Assembly: GCF_018977255.1 (NCBI RefSeq)
Contig: NW_024704742.1
Coordinates: forward strand, 20,834,001-20,898,000
DNA length: 64,000 nucleotides
Direction: 5' to 3'
From: Callorhinchus milii
Taxonomy: Eukaryota
The notes beneath the pieces are model-generated. The model did not search any database, was not told the DNA's origin, and saw nothing but the letters and a program-made list of their open reading frames with translations. A program made the translations under genes and the position numbers. Below, in pieces: positions 25,184-39,371 of this stretch (positions are counted from its first letter, which is position 1; the number at the start of each line of letters is the position of its first letter).

Positions 25184-25797
25184 TAAGAACATAAGAAATA
25201 GGAGCAGGAGTAGGCCATTCGGCCCCTCGAGCCTGCCCCGCCATTTAATAAGAGCATGGCTGATCTACTAACCTAATTCCATTTACCCGCCCTCTCCCCA
25301 TAAAAACTAAAAGATTTCCCTTAAATCTTTTAGTTTTTAAAAATCTATCCATCTCAGTCTTGAGTATGTTCAATGACTGAGCATCCGCAGGTTTCTGGGG
25401 TAGAGCATTCCATAAATTCACTACCCTCTGAGTGAAGAAATATTTTCTCAACTCAGTTCTGAAGGGCTGACCCTTAATCTTGAGACTATGACCCCTAGTT
25501 TTAAATTCTCCAACCAGAGAAAACAGTCTCACACTATCAACCCTATCAAGATTCTAAGAATCTTACAGGTTTCTATAAGATCACCTCTAATTCTTCTATA
25601 TTCTAGAGAATATAGGCCTAGTCTACTCAAACTCTCCTCGTAGGTCAATCCCCTCATCCCAGGAACCAAACTAGTGAACCTAAGTTGCACCCCCTCTAAG
25701 GTGTGTTTGTCCTTTCTTAGAAAAGGAGACCCAAACTGCACACAATATTCCAGGTGCGGTCTCACCGAAGCCCTATACAATTGCAGCAAGACTTCCC
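25184..25797 (-). mobile_element. CR1-clade LINE 3' end (HER1-like)
   Basis: VLLQLYRASVRPHLEYCVQFGSPFLRKDKHTLEGVQLRFTSLVPGMRGLTYEESLSRLGLYSLEYRRIRGDLIE, then TRGHSLK...FFTQRVVNLWNALP; CR1 3' UTR and (TTCTTATG)n tail; L2 tail follows at about 25800-25975 (+). Confidence 0.93.
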
Positions 25798-28483
25798 CAT
25801 TCACACCCACCTTCAAAGTCCATCTGAAGACCTTTCTTTTCAACTAAGTTTTTGGACACCCCCTCTTTCCTCAGATTTCTCCACCTCTGATATTGGTATT
25901 GTGCTGATTCTATGAAGCGCTAGGAGACTTCCTTTCGATGTGAAAGGTACTATATAGAAGTAAAGTTACTGTTGTCTTGCACGCTCTCACCACCACCATT
26001 TTGTCAATTACTTGGACCATTGCCTGGTCTCCCTCCGACCACAGAAAATTAAAAAAGCAGAGTAGATAGCAGAGGCATTAACAACTTGCTGGAGTGCTTG
26101 CTGTTCAGTGATCTCTGTTGAAATCACTTTGTAATCCTTTCCATCGGTTCTTAATTACATAATTAAGAGCATCTGTCATTCCATCTGTATACATGTTTTC
26201 ACACAAAATGAAAAATTTTGTTACATGTTTTTATATACAATTAACCCAACACATAAATTAGACCCTGGTGTCGCACAAATAGTTGACAACCCAATCTACC
26301 TGGGCTTTGGTAGATTCACCTGAACTTAAATTCCCAGTTTAATTTCATGTGCATAATTCACAATGTTTATAGCTGTAAATAGCAGTCAAGCTTGCAGATT
26401 TGGTTTCTGTTTATGTCTACAAAGTACTCAGCACTATTGTTTACTGGATGCTTAAACAGAATTTAATAAACATTTTTAAACAAAAATACCTACAGCAGCA
26501 AGCCTAATACCTATACTGATTTGCACAGGTCCCCATTCAAGATGTGAAAATTGACAGAGCAGGTACCTTGTCATAACACAAAATACAAATTAGTTTTCTA
26601 CTTCTCTCTTCACCTCTTTTGCTTTCTCTTACTGTGTGTCTGCTCACTCTCTCGCTGACTCTCCTGACTCTCGTTCAGATTCTTAACTGTACCCTGTGCC
26701 TGTAACAAACTGCTGAACAAACAGTTACTATACATCGCCAGATCACAGTCACACAACTAAACTAAAATTGTGTATCTGGAAGCAAAGAATGCATGCGCTA
26801 ACTAAACACCCCACACCCTACCATGGCAATGCAGCCCAACCTGTCCATGCATCTGATACGAATAGTTGGTGCCCTAATCAGTCTATCAGACTCTGGTCCC
26901 CCAGCAATACAAATGCTGAATATTCAGAACAGAACACAACTTGTGTTGCAGCATTTATAATGGATCGACTGAATACAACACAATAAGAATGAAATGAAGC
27001 ACAAAATGTAAGCAAAATAATGATGTAGATTCAGATGTTATGTGGAGCAACTTGTTTTAAGTTCTCTGAGATGCCACCCTGCACGAAGGGTGCTATATAA
27101 ATTCAAGTTGTTGTTGTTTTCATCTGAAGTGTTGGCATCTTCAGTGGCAGCCTGACTGATCGCTCTCTCGCACAAAAGGAGTTGGGATGAAAATACCATT
27201 GTTGGTGAATGAGCACGCCAAAATATCTAATTTTACCATGAAAAGCAGGGACACGTGATGTCTTGGATAGATTATCTCCTATATTTCATCTTCCTGAGCA
27301 TCTTCTTTTAATTAACATTTGTTGCATTTTTATAACACCCTATCACCTCAAAAAGTCTCAAAGTACTTCACCAATAATTACTGCCAAGTGTTTTTGTTGT
27401 GAGCAAACATAACAGCCATTTGCAGCTGCAGGATCCCACAAAACAGTCATGAAGCAAATGACCAATTAATCAGGAGGATTGTTTGGCCACCACAAAAAAA
27501 ACTGAACACATTTCATTTTCATTGAATCCTTCAATCTCTGCTTTAACAATACTTTTGCTGTATCATCAGAAGCCTTGTGCTAAAAAGTTAATTGACAGCC
27601 AATTTAATTGCATTTTGTTCAGGGTAAATTGATGTTTATTTTTAACCTTTATAAGACCACATATAATAAGTGCTGCCTCAAGCTATGCGCAATGTAAATT
27701 ACATTTCGTGCTGGAATGTAGTTCGCAGAGAACATGTTTGCGTGATTTCCATTTAAAAATGTACATACCACTCTAGCACAGTAGAGCAATCATGAACCAC
27801 TTGTTTGCTCATCTGCACAGCCTTTTCAAGCCACTTCTTTGTGCAGTCACAGGGTGAAATTCAATCTGTAGATGTCGGCATTCTACATTACATATTTTAG
27901 CATTGTCTGCTGCTGATTTCTCTCCCATATTCCATCTTTCCTAATATAACCATGTAAAGTTTGAACAGCTTGTAGCCATTTGATCGAGCTTCTTACAAGC
28001 TTTGTGTATGGCAAAATTTACAACAGCTATAGAAGGGATTTTCAAGATGTTATTTACAGTGCCTGCAATGGTTCTCCCACCCCACAAAAACAAAATTTCA
28101 ATAGGTAAGATGTACAACAAACTGCCAGCTAATTTCACTTAAATTCAGCTTCTTGCTCCAGTGTTGTTAAATGTTTTTATCCTTTACCACCTTCATCCTT
28201 GCTGATTTATTCCACAAAGCACAATTGTAACCTCCTACCTCAGACACTCTTCAATTCAGTCTTTGAATGTGTTCCATCGCAAATATTCTGTAGGGCGTGT
28301 ACAAGGATCACAAGAGGAGGAAAGAACGGAATTGGATACAAGACAAATGCAGAATTATTTATTATAATAATTTCAGGCCAGAGAGTGTAATGGGAAACAG
28401 GATAAAACATACACTATTCAAAGAACCCCCACCTGTTTGATCTCCTGGGAAACAGGATGCAGATATTTTATGAAACCAAAATG

Positions 28484-28863
28484 AATAATAATAAACCTTG
28501 CATTTGATATAGCGCCTTATCACATTGAAATGTCTCAAAAGCACTTCACAGGATATACTATAAAGTGAATTGACTGTATATTTTGTGGGCGAAATGCAGC
28601 AGCCAATTGCACACAGCAGTGTTGCACAACCTGCCATGGATTGAGTGACCAAACTATTGTTTTTTGATTTTTTTTTAAAAAGGGATTATTGCTCCCAGAA
28701 AGCAATCTGCCAATCGACTAACCCCGGTTCCTACTTACTGCTAGGTAAACAGAGGCGTGTGGAGTAAGGAAACTTGCCTAAGGTTTCACTCTGCCTGGGA
28801 ATTGAACCTGGGTCCTCTCGCTTGCAAGGCGAGTGCTCTAACCGATACGCTACAGGACTTCAC
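28484..28863 (-). mobile_element. Full-length young tRNA-SINE, long subfamily
   Basis: Head, CCTTAGGCAAG segment, about 65-bp extra segment, Deu-like core and (ATT)n tail. Confidence 0.92.
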
Positions 28864-31384
28864 AAAGTAATCAAGCAAAAAAAAGCTGAATATTCACCAA
28901 TTAATCTCCACTATTTACCCCAGCAACCTTCCCTTCCACAGATGGCATGCCAATCTCACTGGCACGGAAATCATTGGGTCCTGCGGAGCGTATTTGTTCA
29001 TCTTGGTCTCTACCTACTCCAATCTATCTCCACTGCTAGTTTCAACCAGAATGACATGCAGTTCTTTTTCTTGTTGGGAGTTAAATCGATCATTAAATTG
29101 TTTTCGTAACAAGTCTGTTCCATTTATTTGCTAACTGGTTAGACGGCATTCAAAAGTAGGTCAAAGTCATGTGGTTTTTGCTCCCACTTTTTCATCCAAA
29201 CCAGGGCAGGTTACCAGAGGCCATATACAGTGACGTCATTAAGTGCATCAATGGGGTGATATCACTTGACTGATGCACATTTCATACTGAGAATCACATA
29301 TTTTAAAAAATACCTTGTTACTGTAATTGCACAGTTTACAAGTTGCTTTGCTTTCAAAAATCTATTTTCCTCTCCCAAGTACTAAAACTATTGTTGTAAC
29401 TAATACAAACACTTCTATTAAATATTAACGACCAGGACATTTTATACAGTGTTAGGCTTAGGCTGAGTTGGTGTTTTAAAAGACTTTGGGAAAATTCTTA
29501 AGGTTAGGTTGGGAAGCTATTTTAACAACTGCAAAAAAAAACCTGGCTGCAGAATAAGACTGAATTTTAGAATTTGCAAAAAAATTCTACACAATTTTAA
29601 ATTTCAAGGCATTGGTCTTAAAGGGAAAGAACTTGAGATATTTGGGGCCTCAGAATTTGAAATGCGAATCTCCCCTTATTGCAGCTGCACATTTTGGACG
29701 ATGTGACTTGTCTTTTTTCTTTTCTGCTTCACATGTGTATAAATCTCTGGCACTTTCATTCCTGAGTTCCATGCGGTGATTTCCTGCTTGCCGGTCGCTC
29801 GATACATTTTCTTGCCTGGTGAGCAAATCTTCTTCCCTGGTCAGTAGATTTATTGACCTTGACCTGTTAAGCCATTCTGTTTCACTGAAAGCCTGTGCCA
29901 AGCCGGAAGACGTGAACACATCATGAGCCAGATGACTAATCCTGAGCCTCTTGACCCAAATACATGCCTCATCAGGTACTAAATTTTCCCCGTTAACTGC
30001 TGTGGGCAAGGAAGCTAGGCTGGACTATTTCTCCAGATACCAGGCCTTCCCTTCATCTGACCGCTGATAGTTACTTTGCCTGTGGGTCTGATTGCTATCA
30101 AGTGATTCACAATGTTCATTTTCATAGTCGAGCCTTTTTATTTTATTTTAAAATAAATATTGCCTTTGGTCCCCAGGAAGTTGCTCCCCCCAATGCGGTC
30201 TTGAGTTACATTCTGTGTAGTAATGATTCAAGTGCTCTGGGATGCTACCCTGCATGAGTGGTGCTATGTAAATGCAAGTTGTTGTTTTTGTTCTGTATTG
30301 TCATGTATTTGTGGTTTGGTGTTGTTCTGAGGATATTAAAACATGTTTACCCTATCACAGTTTTNAAAAAAATAAGATTGCTTGTGCAATGACTGGATAC
30401 AGAATATGTGTAATGATAATTGCTTTTGGTACCAGTGTTGAGTACTTGGGAAAGAGTACAGTAAAACAAATCCAGGGTATTCTGGTCTCAACTGGAAACA
30501 CAATTTTTGTGTTTCCATAGTTGTGACACCACATGAGGGTTATAACTAGAATATAAAAGTTAATAAACAACAGCCATCTTAAACTTCCATTCATGCGAAA
30601 GGCTAAGTACTACTGGCATGAATTTAGTTTATTACCACTTGTTCCTTACGAGAAAATGTTGGTGAAAAAAATCCAACCAATTATGTAAGTGCCATTATCA
30701 TCATTACTTTGAGGCAGAATTCACTACTGCTCAGTAAAATGACCAACTTTAACACTTCCAGGAACAAGATAGACTAACCCTCAAAAATCACTCAATTGGC
30801 AGCAACAATCAATCACAGATACACCACACATACTCACTGATCACTCAGACATGCATGAATATCAACCCCAATTGCACCAAGTCGTGCCCAGCGAGCTACC
30901 AGCCGTGTCCAACAAACACACCAACAGAAACGCAATATCCATTCCCTTGCAAGGTCAAAATATTTTATCTGTCAACTAACTTACAGCATCTGCAGAATGT
31001 TATGAATTTGTTCAACATAAAATGAAGAAGCAAACGTTTTTCTTTTTACACACTTGATTTCCAAACCATATTTCCTCATCAGTAGCCATTATAGTAAGAG
31101 TTAGACGGCACACTGAAACGTTTACTGTAAAGAGATCCAAGAAATGCTTGGCTTGATACCTCATCGAAGGAAAAAAAACAATTGTTGAAAAATTCATTCT
31201 GCAGTGCTTCCAATCTCTAAGGGAATCCAGAGAGGTAATAGGAAACGCATATAAAATAAAAGGATCCCCATAAACAAAGGTGACAAATCTTTTCATGTTC
31301 CTTATGGCTATGGGGAAAGGTTGGTAAATGGCACTGAAAGAATTCATCTTTGAAAGTACCAGCACAGACTGTCAATGAGGCATT

Positions 31385-31570
31385 TTCTTGGTATTTCCAC
31401 TACTCAAGCATCCTCCTCGCTGGTCTCCCCACTCCACTATTCACAAAATTCAACTAATTCAAAACTCTGCGCCCGTATTCTCACCCGCACTAAACTCTGT
31501 ATCTCCAATATTCCAGTCCTTGTCAAACTCCATTTGCTTCCTGTCACAGAGCCAAATGATTTCAGGACTC
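31385..31570 (+). mobile_element. L2 ORF2 fragment
   Basis: STIHKIQLIQNSA motif; similar piece at about 33070-33310. Confidence 0.7.
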
Positions 31571-32563
31571 TCACAATGGTGTAGTTTGATACTGAAACCT
31601 CAGCTCCCTGAGATGGCTAATTAGCACTGCAAACCTAGGTCTCAAGCTAGTGGCAAGTGCCAGTTTCCTAATCCAACATGGCCACAGAAAACGATGGTCG
31701 CGATGGCCCAAATGGAATTCTCTCATTGCACATGGTTTTAAGAAAGCACAAGCATATGCATTAGGCAACACAGAATTCCAGTCAAATAATAGTTTTTTTT
31801 AAAAATTCCATCCTATAACCTTTTGCCATTAAACAAGATTATTTATGAATAACACTATGGTATAACATTATAATACCCCCAACTTCGTGCCAAGGCAGTA
31901 CTGTTAAAGATCTTGGGACATCCCCCCGAGGTGAAAGGCACTATGTGAATGCAAATTTATATTGTATGGTAGGGCAGAAGTGAAAATAGACAACACTTGG
32001 AAGTAACTGTTGTATATAGTGTTTTCTTTTTTAATCTGTATATCTGAGGGACTGGTCAAAAGACACTGATAACCTCTGCTTCACACATACCAATTTGATC
32101 TGATACAGCTAAGACACAGGCCCCAAAAGTTAGTTAGTTTTAGAAAATTTCATCCTTCTCTATCTAAAAGCATGACAGCAATGCTGCCAATTCATTTCTG
32201 TTTGTTATTTAGATCGATATTGAATCTTTACTCTGTTAAAATTCCTACCACAAGGTTCAAGAAATGCTGTTTTTTTATGTTCCATCTGAAAATCCATTTA
32301 CAGTATGCTACGTAGCAGTAAATCACTAGTCTCAATAGGTCTTTCGAGCACTAATTCATTCACAAAGTAACCGCAGTTACTGAAATTGAAACAATATTTT
32401 CAAAGTCAATGTTTTTGATTAACATTGTGTAAGCAGCAGGAATGTAAATATGAATATTAAGATGGATTATAGAGGAGAATGAATCAACATGTTGGACAGC
32501 ACACATTAAACATTATTTGCCACAACTGACTTCCCTCATTGAACAATAACCCAGTATAAATTC

Positions 32564-33072
32564 TGTACCACGCTTGGGCTGGGAGTGAGGCCAGCCAGGA
32601 CCACATTCCTCCCATTGAACTTCTAGCCTCTGAGCTTGAATCGGTGGAGGTTGGAACGTGCCCAATCAGGATTGGGCAGCACAGGGATTCCACTTCAATA
32701 AAGAGGATGGAGCCAGAAGCTCGGAGCAGCACCAGCCACCAGCTCCAGGATAGTGAGGTTATCAGCCCCCAGCACAGTGCCCTCAACAGCCTGGAGCAGG
32801 CTCTCCCAATGAGATCTTCAGGCTCCCCTGCGGAAAGAATGCTTGTGGCTTGTTCTTGGGAAGGAACCTAGAGGGGCAAAAAAGAGGTACTGCCATTCCC
32901 AGGAGCTAAGAGTCTGTAGAGGAGCAGGTCAGGGAGTTGACATCCCTTACTGTGAACCCCACACGTGTGGTTTACGTGATCTGTTAGCTATATGCCTGAT
33001 AAAGTTTGTTTTGTTCAACAACTATGCTTGGTTTGATCATAGAGGCGGGTGACTGGGGCTAGAGTGACTACA
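32564..33072 (+). mobile_element. LTR-like segment
   Basis: TGTA...TACA ends, GC-rich island in AT-rich DNA, CCAAT dyad (CCCAATCAGGATTGGG), AATAAA, GT-rich 3' end; no TSD found. Confidence 0.45.
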
Positions 33073-36000
33073 CGCTAACTCCCTGCTCGCCGAACTTCCC
33101 AACTCTTCCCTCCACATGCAACGGACTATTCAGAGCTCTGCAGCTCGTGTTCTCTCTTGCATTGAGTTCCGTGAGCCGATCACCCCCATCCTCCCTGACT
33201 CCACTGGCTTTTCATACCCCAGAGGATGAGTTCAACATCCTCAACCTCACCTTTAAAAGCCCTCCATAGTCCTGTTACTCCCTACCTCTGCGACCTACTA
33301 AACCTTTACCAACTTTCTCCCGCAGTCTCAATGGTATCCCTAATGGTGGCAATATTACAGACAGTGGCAAATTCAAAAAAAATAAATGTAAACATTTGCC
33401 TCTCTTTATTCTTCTGTCTGTCCCAGTCAAAGAGTAATAGGGACACACAGATAATCTGATGGATACAGAGTAGCACAGAAGGTTCTTCAGTTTATGTTTT
33501 GAATGGGGGTATTGGCGTCATTACAAACAGCAGGAAATAAGCCACAAAAATAAACTGAAAATATCCTCTGAGGTTTCCTCTATGTATGGGAGCCCGTGTC
33601 TATCCATGTCAGCCAGTGACTGAAGCAGTCCAAAGATTTTAATTTTGATTTTGATTTGCTGCTTTTTTAAATAATGATAGCATGGAGATGCAGTGAACAT
33701 CATCGCAGACTGCGGGAAATTAAAATATACGTAAAATATATATGAATATAGATGTTGATTAAGTTGTCGATAAATTTATTAAAAAACAAGCAAGTAACCT
33801 ATTTTCCTCTTCATTGTTGTGAATATGTTCAGTCAACGGTTTGTGTATACGTTTATATACCTTTTAATGATTTTAGACTTGAAATAGTTATTTTGATATT
33901 TCGCTCTTGATTTTTTACCAATTTTAACATTTCTTAATTTTTTTTAATACTGTAACATTTCACATTTGTAATAAATGTTGCAGGTTGGAACCTGCCATCG
34001 TGAAATCCTGTATCCGCCTTTCACCAAGTACCATAAAGTGCCATCTGATATTTAGCATTTTCTCAAAAAGAAAAAATACATTACCACTTCAAATAATTTG
34101 CTCCGATATAGGGTACTTCTGCTCAATATTTTGTGATTGGTATTTTCTTAAACTCCCCCATTGAATTAGTAACACCCTGCCATAGTTTTCTACAACTACA
34201 GAAAATACAAAAATCTCACAGAATAAATTATTAAATGCTACATCAATACCCTGGTGGCACAGAATAAGTGGCCTTTCAGTCAGTTTGCCAAAAAAATGCC
34301 ATCCACTAATGCGAAAACAAAATACTAAAACATCACGACATGCTGTTAGGATCTGAAATAAATAATTGGATTTCAAGTATGATCTAGTATAAGACCATCT
34401 TAGGCTAAGGTTAAATAGAAACATCTTTACTTTGCATCTCTCCTGACTTGATCTCAGAATCATTGATGCTGATATGATGCAGGAAGCAGATAACTGCTAT
34501 CATCTCTAACAAAGACATTAATCTTGGTAATGTTTCAAACAATTATTGTGATATTTCGGGGAAATAACAAACTGTGCAATAATGCCAAACCACCTGAGAA
34601 CAAATCCAGACTTCTATTATTGATTTTCGTGGACCTCAAGAAAAGTCTTTGGGAGTCTCTAGTGAATATAAATGTAATCATTCTTAACAATGAATTTCTA
34701 CTGCAGAAACAAACTTTGCAACAGTTAGAAAGCATCTATAAAAGGCAGATTCTTCCTTATGTCAATATAATTGCGTACTCAAGGAAATACACTGATTTAC
34801 AAATGATTTGTTTTAAAATGCAAATCTTCTGCAATCCATTACACTTTTTGAAAAAAAAGACTTAATCCAAACAGAACTGAAAAGTGAAAATTCAATGAAG
34901 ACAAACTATAGCTTGATGCCATAGTGAAACAAAATTATGAATGATTTAGTGCGCATTGAGCCATGTCTGTGTTGTCCTAGTTTATATGACTAAATGTGTT
35001 AGCTGACAAAAGCAATGACCTAGTCATAGCTAATGAACTGTTCCTCGAATAAAAATATTTAAAATGAAATACGAGATTGACAAATCCAATTCAGTTGCTT
35101 GTTCAATCAGTAGGAAGTGTTAAGTTTGTAGACACAATGCTTTAGTGATTCAATTTCCAAAAGACAAATAAGCATGCTTGAGTATTCTTATGTGATGATA
35201 CAGTTGACACTGCACTCATCCATAATTCACGTTTGCGAAAACAGCTCAACAAATCTGACCAAGGTTTGGTCAAGATGTCAAAATTTATACATTTTTTGCC
35301 TTTGACTTTTCTGCAAATGAATTTGAACCATGAAATACCATGCATTTGGTGCTCTGTTGATAATCACCCTAATTTAAATCCACAAAAGACACTCAAAAAC
35401 TTTTACGGAACTACTTGAGAGAAGAGACGATTTGACTTGAATCTGTTTCCTTCCATTTGAGCTGAATTTGCAGTGGGGCAAGTGGAGTCCAGTTGAAACC
35501 ACCTGCCAAAGATTTTGTCAGCAATGAGGCTCCAACAAGAGTTTTTTCCTAAGCATGCTAGTGAAGTCAGATTTACACTGAGCTTATTTCCCATGAAGAG
35601 AAGGGTAAACAAGGCATGAATTATCACTTTGGAAAACGTCTCTCTATGGTTCTAGCTCCAAAATGATGGAACTAACGAACAACATTATTAACATACTTGA
35701 ACAATGTAGAGAATTCACATTGAACAAAAAACATAGGAATGCATGGAGCATGAAAGGGCCACTTGGCTGATTAACCTCACAATATACAGACTGAGTTTAA
35801 ACCAATAGACTAGTTTCCTGAGTTAACACATTCTCCGTTTTCTTTCACCATTTATAAGGGAGGGGATGATGGAAAAGCAAAATATGATTATATTGTCAGA
35901 GAGATTGAATGGATTTCTATTTCAAAAAAAATGTTTCCATTGTGAAGGGGAATTGCTTTTCCTTTGAGTCAAGATCAAACTGACTTCAAGCCTGTGGAAT

Positions 36001-36646
36001 CCATGTGCAATGCAATAATGAGGATGGCTTTAAAGGAGCCGTTTCAGCTCTCACACTATGGTTCTGAATAATGTTGCACTATACTGGCAAAATACAATTC
36101 CAATCTTCTGTCTTGGACTGGAAAAAGAGTGTTTCATAGAGTCTTCAGTTAGAATATATAATAATCATCCCTGGATTTCATATAATGTCTTATCAGGTCT
36201 CAAAGTACTTCACAGGATATACTGTAAAGTGGTGTCTCTATGTATTTTGTGGGGAAACTCAACAGTAAATTTGCGCACAGCAATATACAGAATGTAACCA
36301 TATTTTGCTTTCCAATTTGTCCCCCACAAACATCCATGCAGTGAGTGAGTAACCAATTTTATTCAGGGAATTGTTGGCCAAGACACCGGGATAAACCTCT
36401 CTCAATACTTGAACAGATTGAACTGGTGCACGTCAACTTAGACCATTTTTGAGGTGATGTTAATTCTCTGTCTAATGATATACAATGATATCCAAAATTA
36501 ATCATTTTGAGATCTTGCTCTTTAACATTCACACCCGATCAGCCTCCTCCCCTCCAGACTACCTGCTGATGTAAAACGTGTCAAAAGTAGAAATATTAAT
36601 TTGCACTTAGCACTTTTCAAGTAGTAATAATAGTTTTAAAAATATC

Positions 36647-36950
36647 ATAATAATCCTTGCATTTGATATAGCGCTATTCACGCCTTCTAGACGTCTCAAA
36701 GGACTTCATAGAATATACTGTAAAGTGAATTGACTGTATATTTGTGGAGGAAATAAGGCAGCCAATTGCGCACAGCAGCGTCCCACAAACAGTCGTGGAC
36801 TGAAGTGCCCAATGTATTATTATCTTTTTTCTTGAGGGATTATTATCAGACGTGTGGAGTAAGGAAACTTGCCCAAGGTTTCGCTCTGCCGGGAATCGAA
36901 CCCAGGTCTTGCAAAACGAGTATTCTAACCACTGAGCTACAGGACTCCAC
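36647..36950 (-). mobile_element. Full-length young tRNA-SINE, short subfamily
   Basis: GTGGAGTCCTGTAGCTCAGTGG head, B box GGTTCGATTCC, body and tail. Confidence 0.92.
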
Positions 36951-37374
36951 ATAATGGACTAGAAATGAAGTCAATGTCATTATATAGATAATTATGTTAG
37001 CCAATCTTATGCCAATGACTTCCCATAAAGAATGAGATGAAGAACCAGTTAATTTGAATTTGGAAGTAAATGTTGCCAGGGGAGGGGGGCAGGGGTGGAA
37101 TATAAGACAAGTTTTCCACTGACCTTTTCCCACCCAAACACACCCAAACAAACCCCAACCTGCAAATAGCCTGGGGGAGTGAAAAAGAAGTTGTTTCTGT
37201 GTTGTTTTTTTTCCGGAAAAAAAAGGGAAGAGGGTGCACAGGATGGCCCAAAACAGTAGTGAAATATACTTATATTGGGTAGGAGGTGGAATGGGGAGTT
37301 TTCCAGCCAGTGGAATTGATAACCCTCTGGGCCATTTTCTTTGCTATACATTTTTCAGTGTCTCTAAATTTAGC

Positions 37375-37445
37375 AAATGTATGTAAATTTATAAATATAT
37401 GTAAATTTATAAATATATGTAAATTTACTAAATGTATATATATAT
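37375..37445 (+). repeat. 18-bp AT-rich minisatellite (about 3.5 units)
   Basis: (ATGTAAATTTATAAATAT)n. Confidence 0.85.
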
Positions 37446-38225
37446 TTATTATAGATTGTGTTTCTGCACTGACAATTGGGCCTCACGTATCCGAATAACT
37501 AAAATATGCGACAAACAATGAACGTTACATTTTAATTGCTGTATGAAAACCTCTCATTCATATAAAACAAAGCACCCAATTTGTAGCAAACCATCATTCC
37601 ACCAATGTTTTCAAGGTTTACTAAAACTATACTGGTCGGCAATACATTTGGTACTGATTTTACTCAATGAAAACAACTAGAACACTCAACTATAGTGTTA
37701 TTCTTCCCTGCAGCTCACCTGAAGCTCTTATGATACCAGCAAGCAACAGGAGCAGTGAGCAAAAGAAGCGGTGGTCTCCTTAGCAACAAGATCCTCCTCA
37801 GTGTCCTCTAGGACTCCTTTAATAAATATAAGTAAATGCATATAAATTTACTACATAGATTGCACTTCTGCACTGATATTGGGACCTAACGTATCACAAG
37901 CTTCCAATTACTGCAAATGAGTCTTTCAGAAACTATGTTGAGATCCGTTGACTACAAAATGATGTCTGACCAATTCGGGCCCCAAGTCTTGCCTTATAAA
38001 GCTCTCATGTTGGTGGTGGCTCTGGCTCGGTCCTCTCTTGTGCTGAAGGTCAATCAGCAGTTATTGCAACTGTATCCACAGGATGGTTGGGTCTAGAGGG
38101 GGCTCAGTCCCACCTCCCCAAATATATCTACCAGCTCACCAACGTTTCTCCAGTTTGGGATAATGGATGTTGAGAGGCGGTTGGAGAGAGTCATTGTTGT
38201 AACAGGACATGAAGTAAAGCATGAA

Positions 38226-38519
38226 GTGGAGTCCTGTAGCTCAGTGGTTAGAGCACTCACCTAGCAAGCGAGACACCTGGGTTCAATTCTTCGGGCAAGT
38301 TTCCTTACTCCACACGCCTAATAATAATCCCTCCAAAAAACCAAAACAATATTTTCAATCCACGACTGTTTGTGGGACACTGTTGTGCGCAATTAGATGC
38401 CGCGTTTTGCCCACAAATATACTGTCAATTCACTTTACAGCATATTCTGTGAAGTACTTTGAGATGTCAAGAAGATGTGAAAAGCGCTATATCAAATGCA
38501 AGGATTATTATTATTATTA
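38226..38519 (+). mobile_element. Full-length young tRNA-SINE, short subfamily
   Basis: GTGGAGTCCTGTAGCTCAGTGGTTAGAGCAC...(ATT)n. Confidence 0.92.
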
Positions 38520-39371
38520 GATTATAAAGCGAGTGTAGCAGTCAATCCGTGAATGAATGAATGGGAGTTGGATCCAGTGCCGACACACACACAGACAAAC
38601 AGAAACACACATGCACTCTGCAGACTTCAGCGAAGTGCAATAAGGATATAAGAGAACTCAGTTCAGCCCCCCTCACGAAGACTATTTTCACCTGCCGCAT
38701 ATGACAATCCCAGTGTGCGTCAGTGCCTTCAGGAGAGGAAGGAAAAAACACTGAAAGGAGGGAAACTGTATTGATGCGGGACCCGAGAGGGCAAATCACC
38801 CATGGTTGAATAGTTCCTGGAGGCTGGATAAAGCACAATGTTGGCAGATCAACTGCTGATTTTCCAGCCAGCGGTATGTTTCAGGGAAACCTAAGGAGAA
38901 GTAGGATGGGGGAGGGAAGATATAAATAGCTATTGAAAAGTTAAAAATTTACCACAGTTAAAACAGTGCTGTGAATTATTTTAAATAAATTGCAGGTTCT
39001 AAATATACAATTCCGTGTTTCATATCTCAATAGGAATCTTATTAACTTTAAATTGTGCAAGTTCTGCGGTGCTTATTCAGCTCGGAAAAATCATAAAGAT
39101 CCCTTTTGGTTGACTTGCTTTCTTTTGGTTCATTGTAAAAGCACAGACAATAAAATCTAGAGGGCATTTACACATCTCAACGTTATCATTTTTTAGGTAC
39201 ATTAAACTCAGTTATCAAAACACAGAACACCAAAAGATCAGCCAGCCCCTTTCTCTGCAGTGTTGCACAGTAACTGCTAACTCTTGAGAGCCTGACCACT
39301 TCACAAATACAGTTATAAAGGATGCAGCTAGAAATCTTTAGTACATTGTTTTACTGGGGGAAGGGAACAGA

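Noticed and set aside
29650..30009. 119-aa minus-strand ORF with LLTR repeat
   Set aside because: No recognisable domain or splice support; likely chance or repeat-derived
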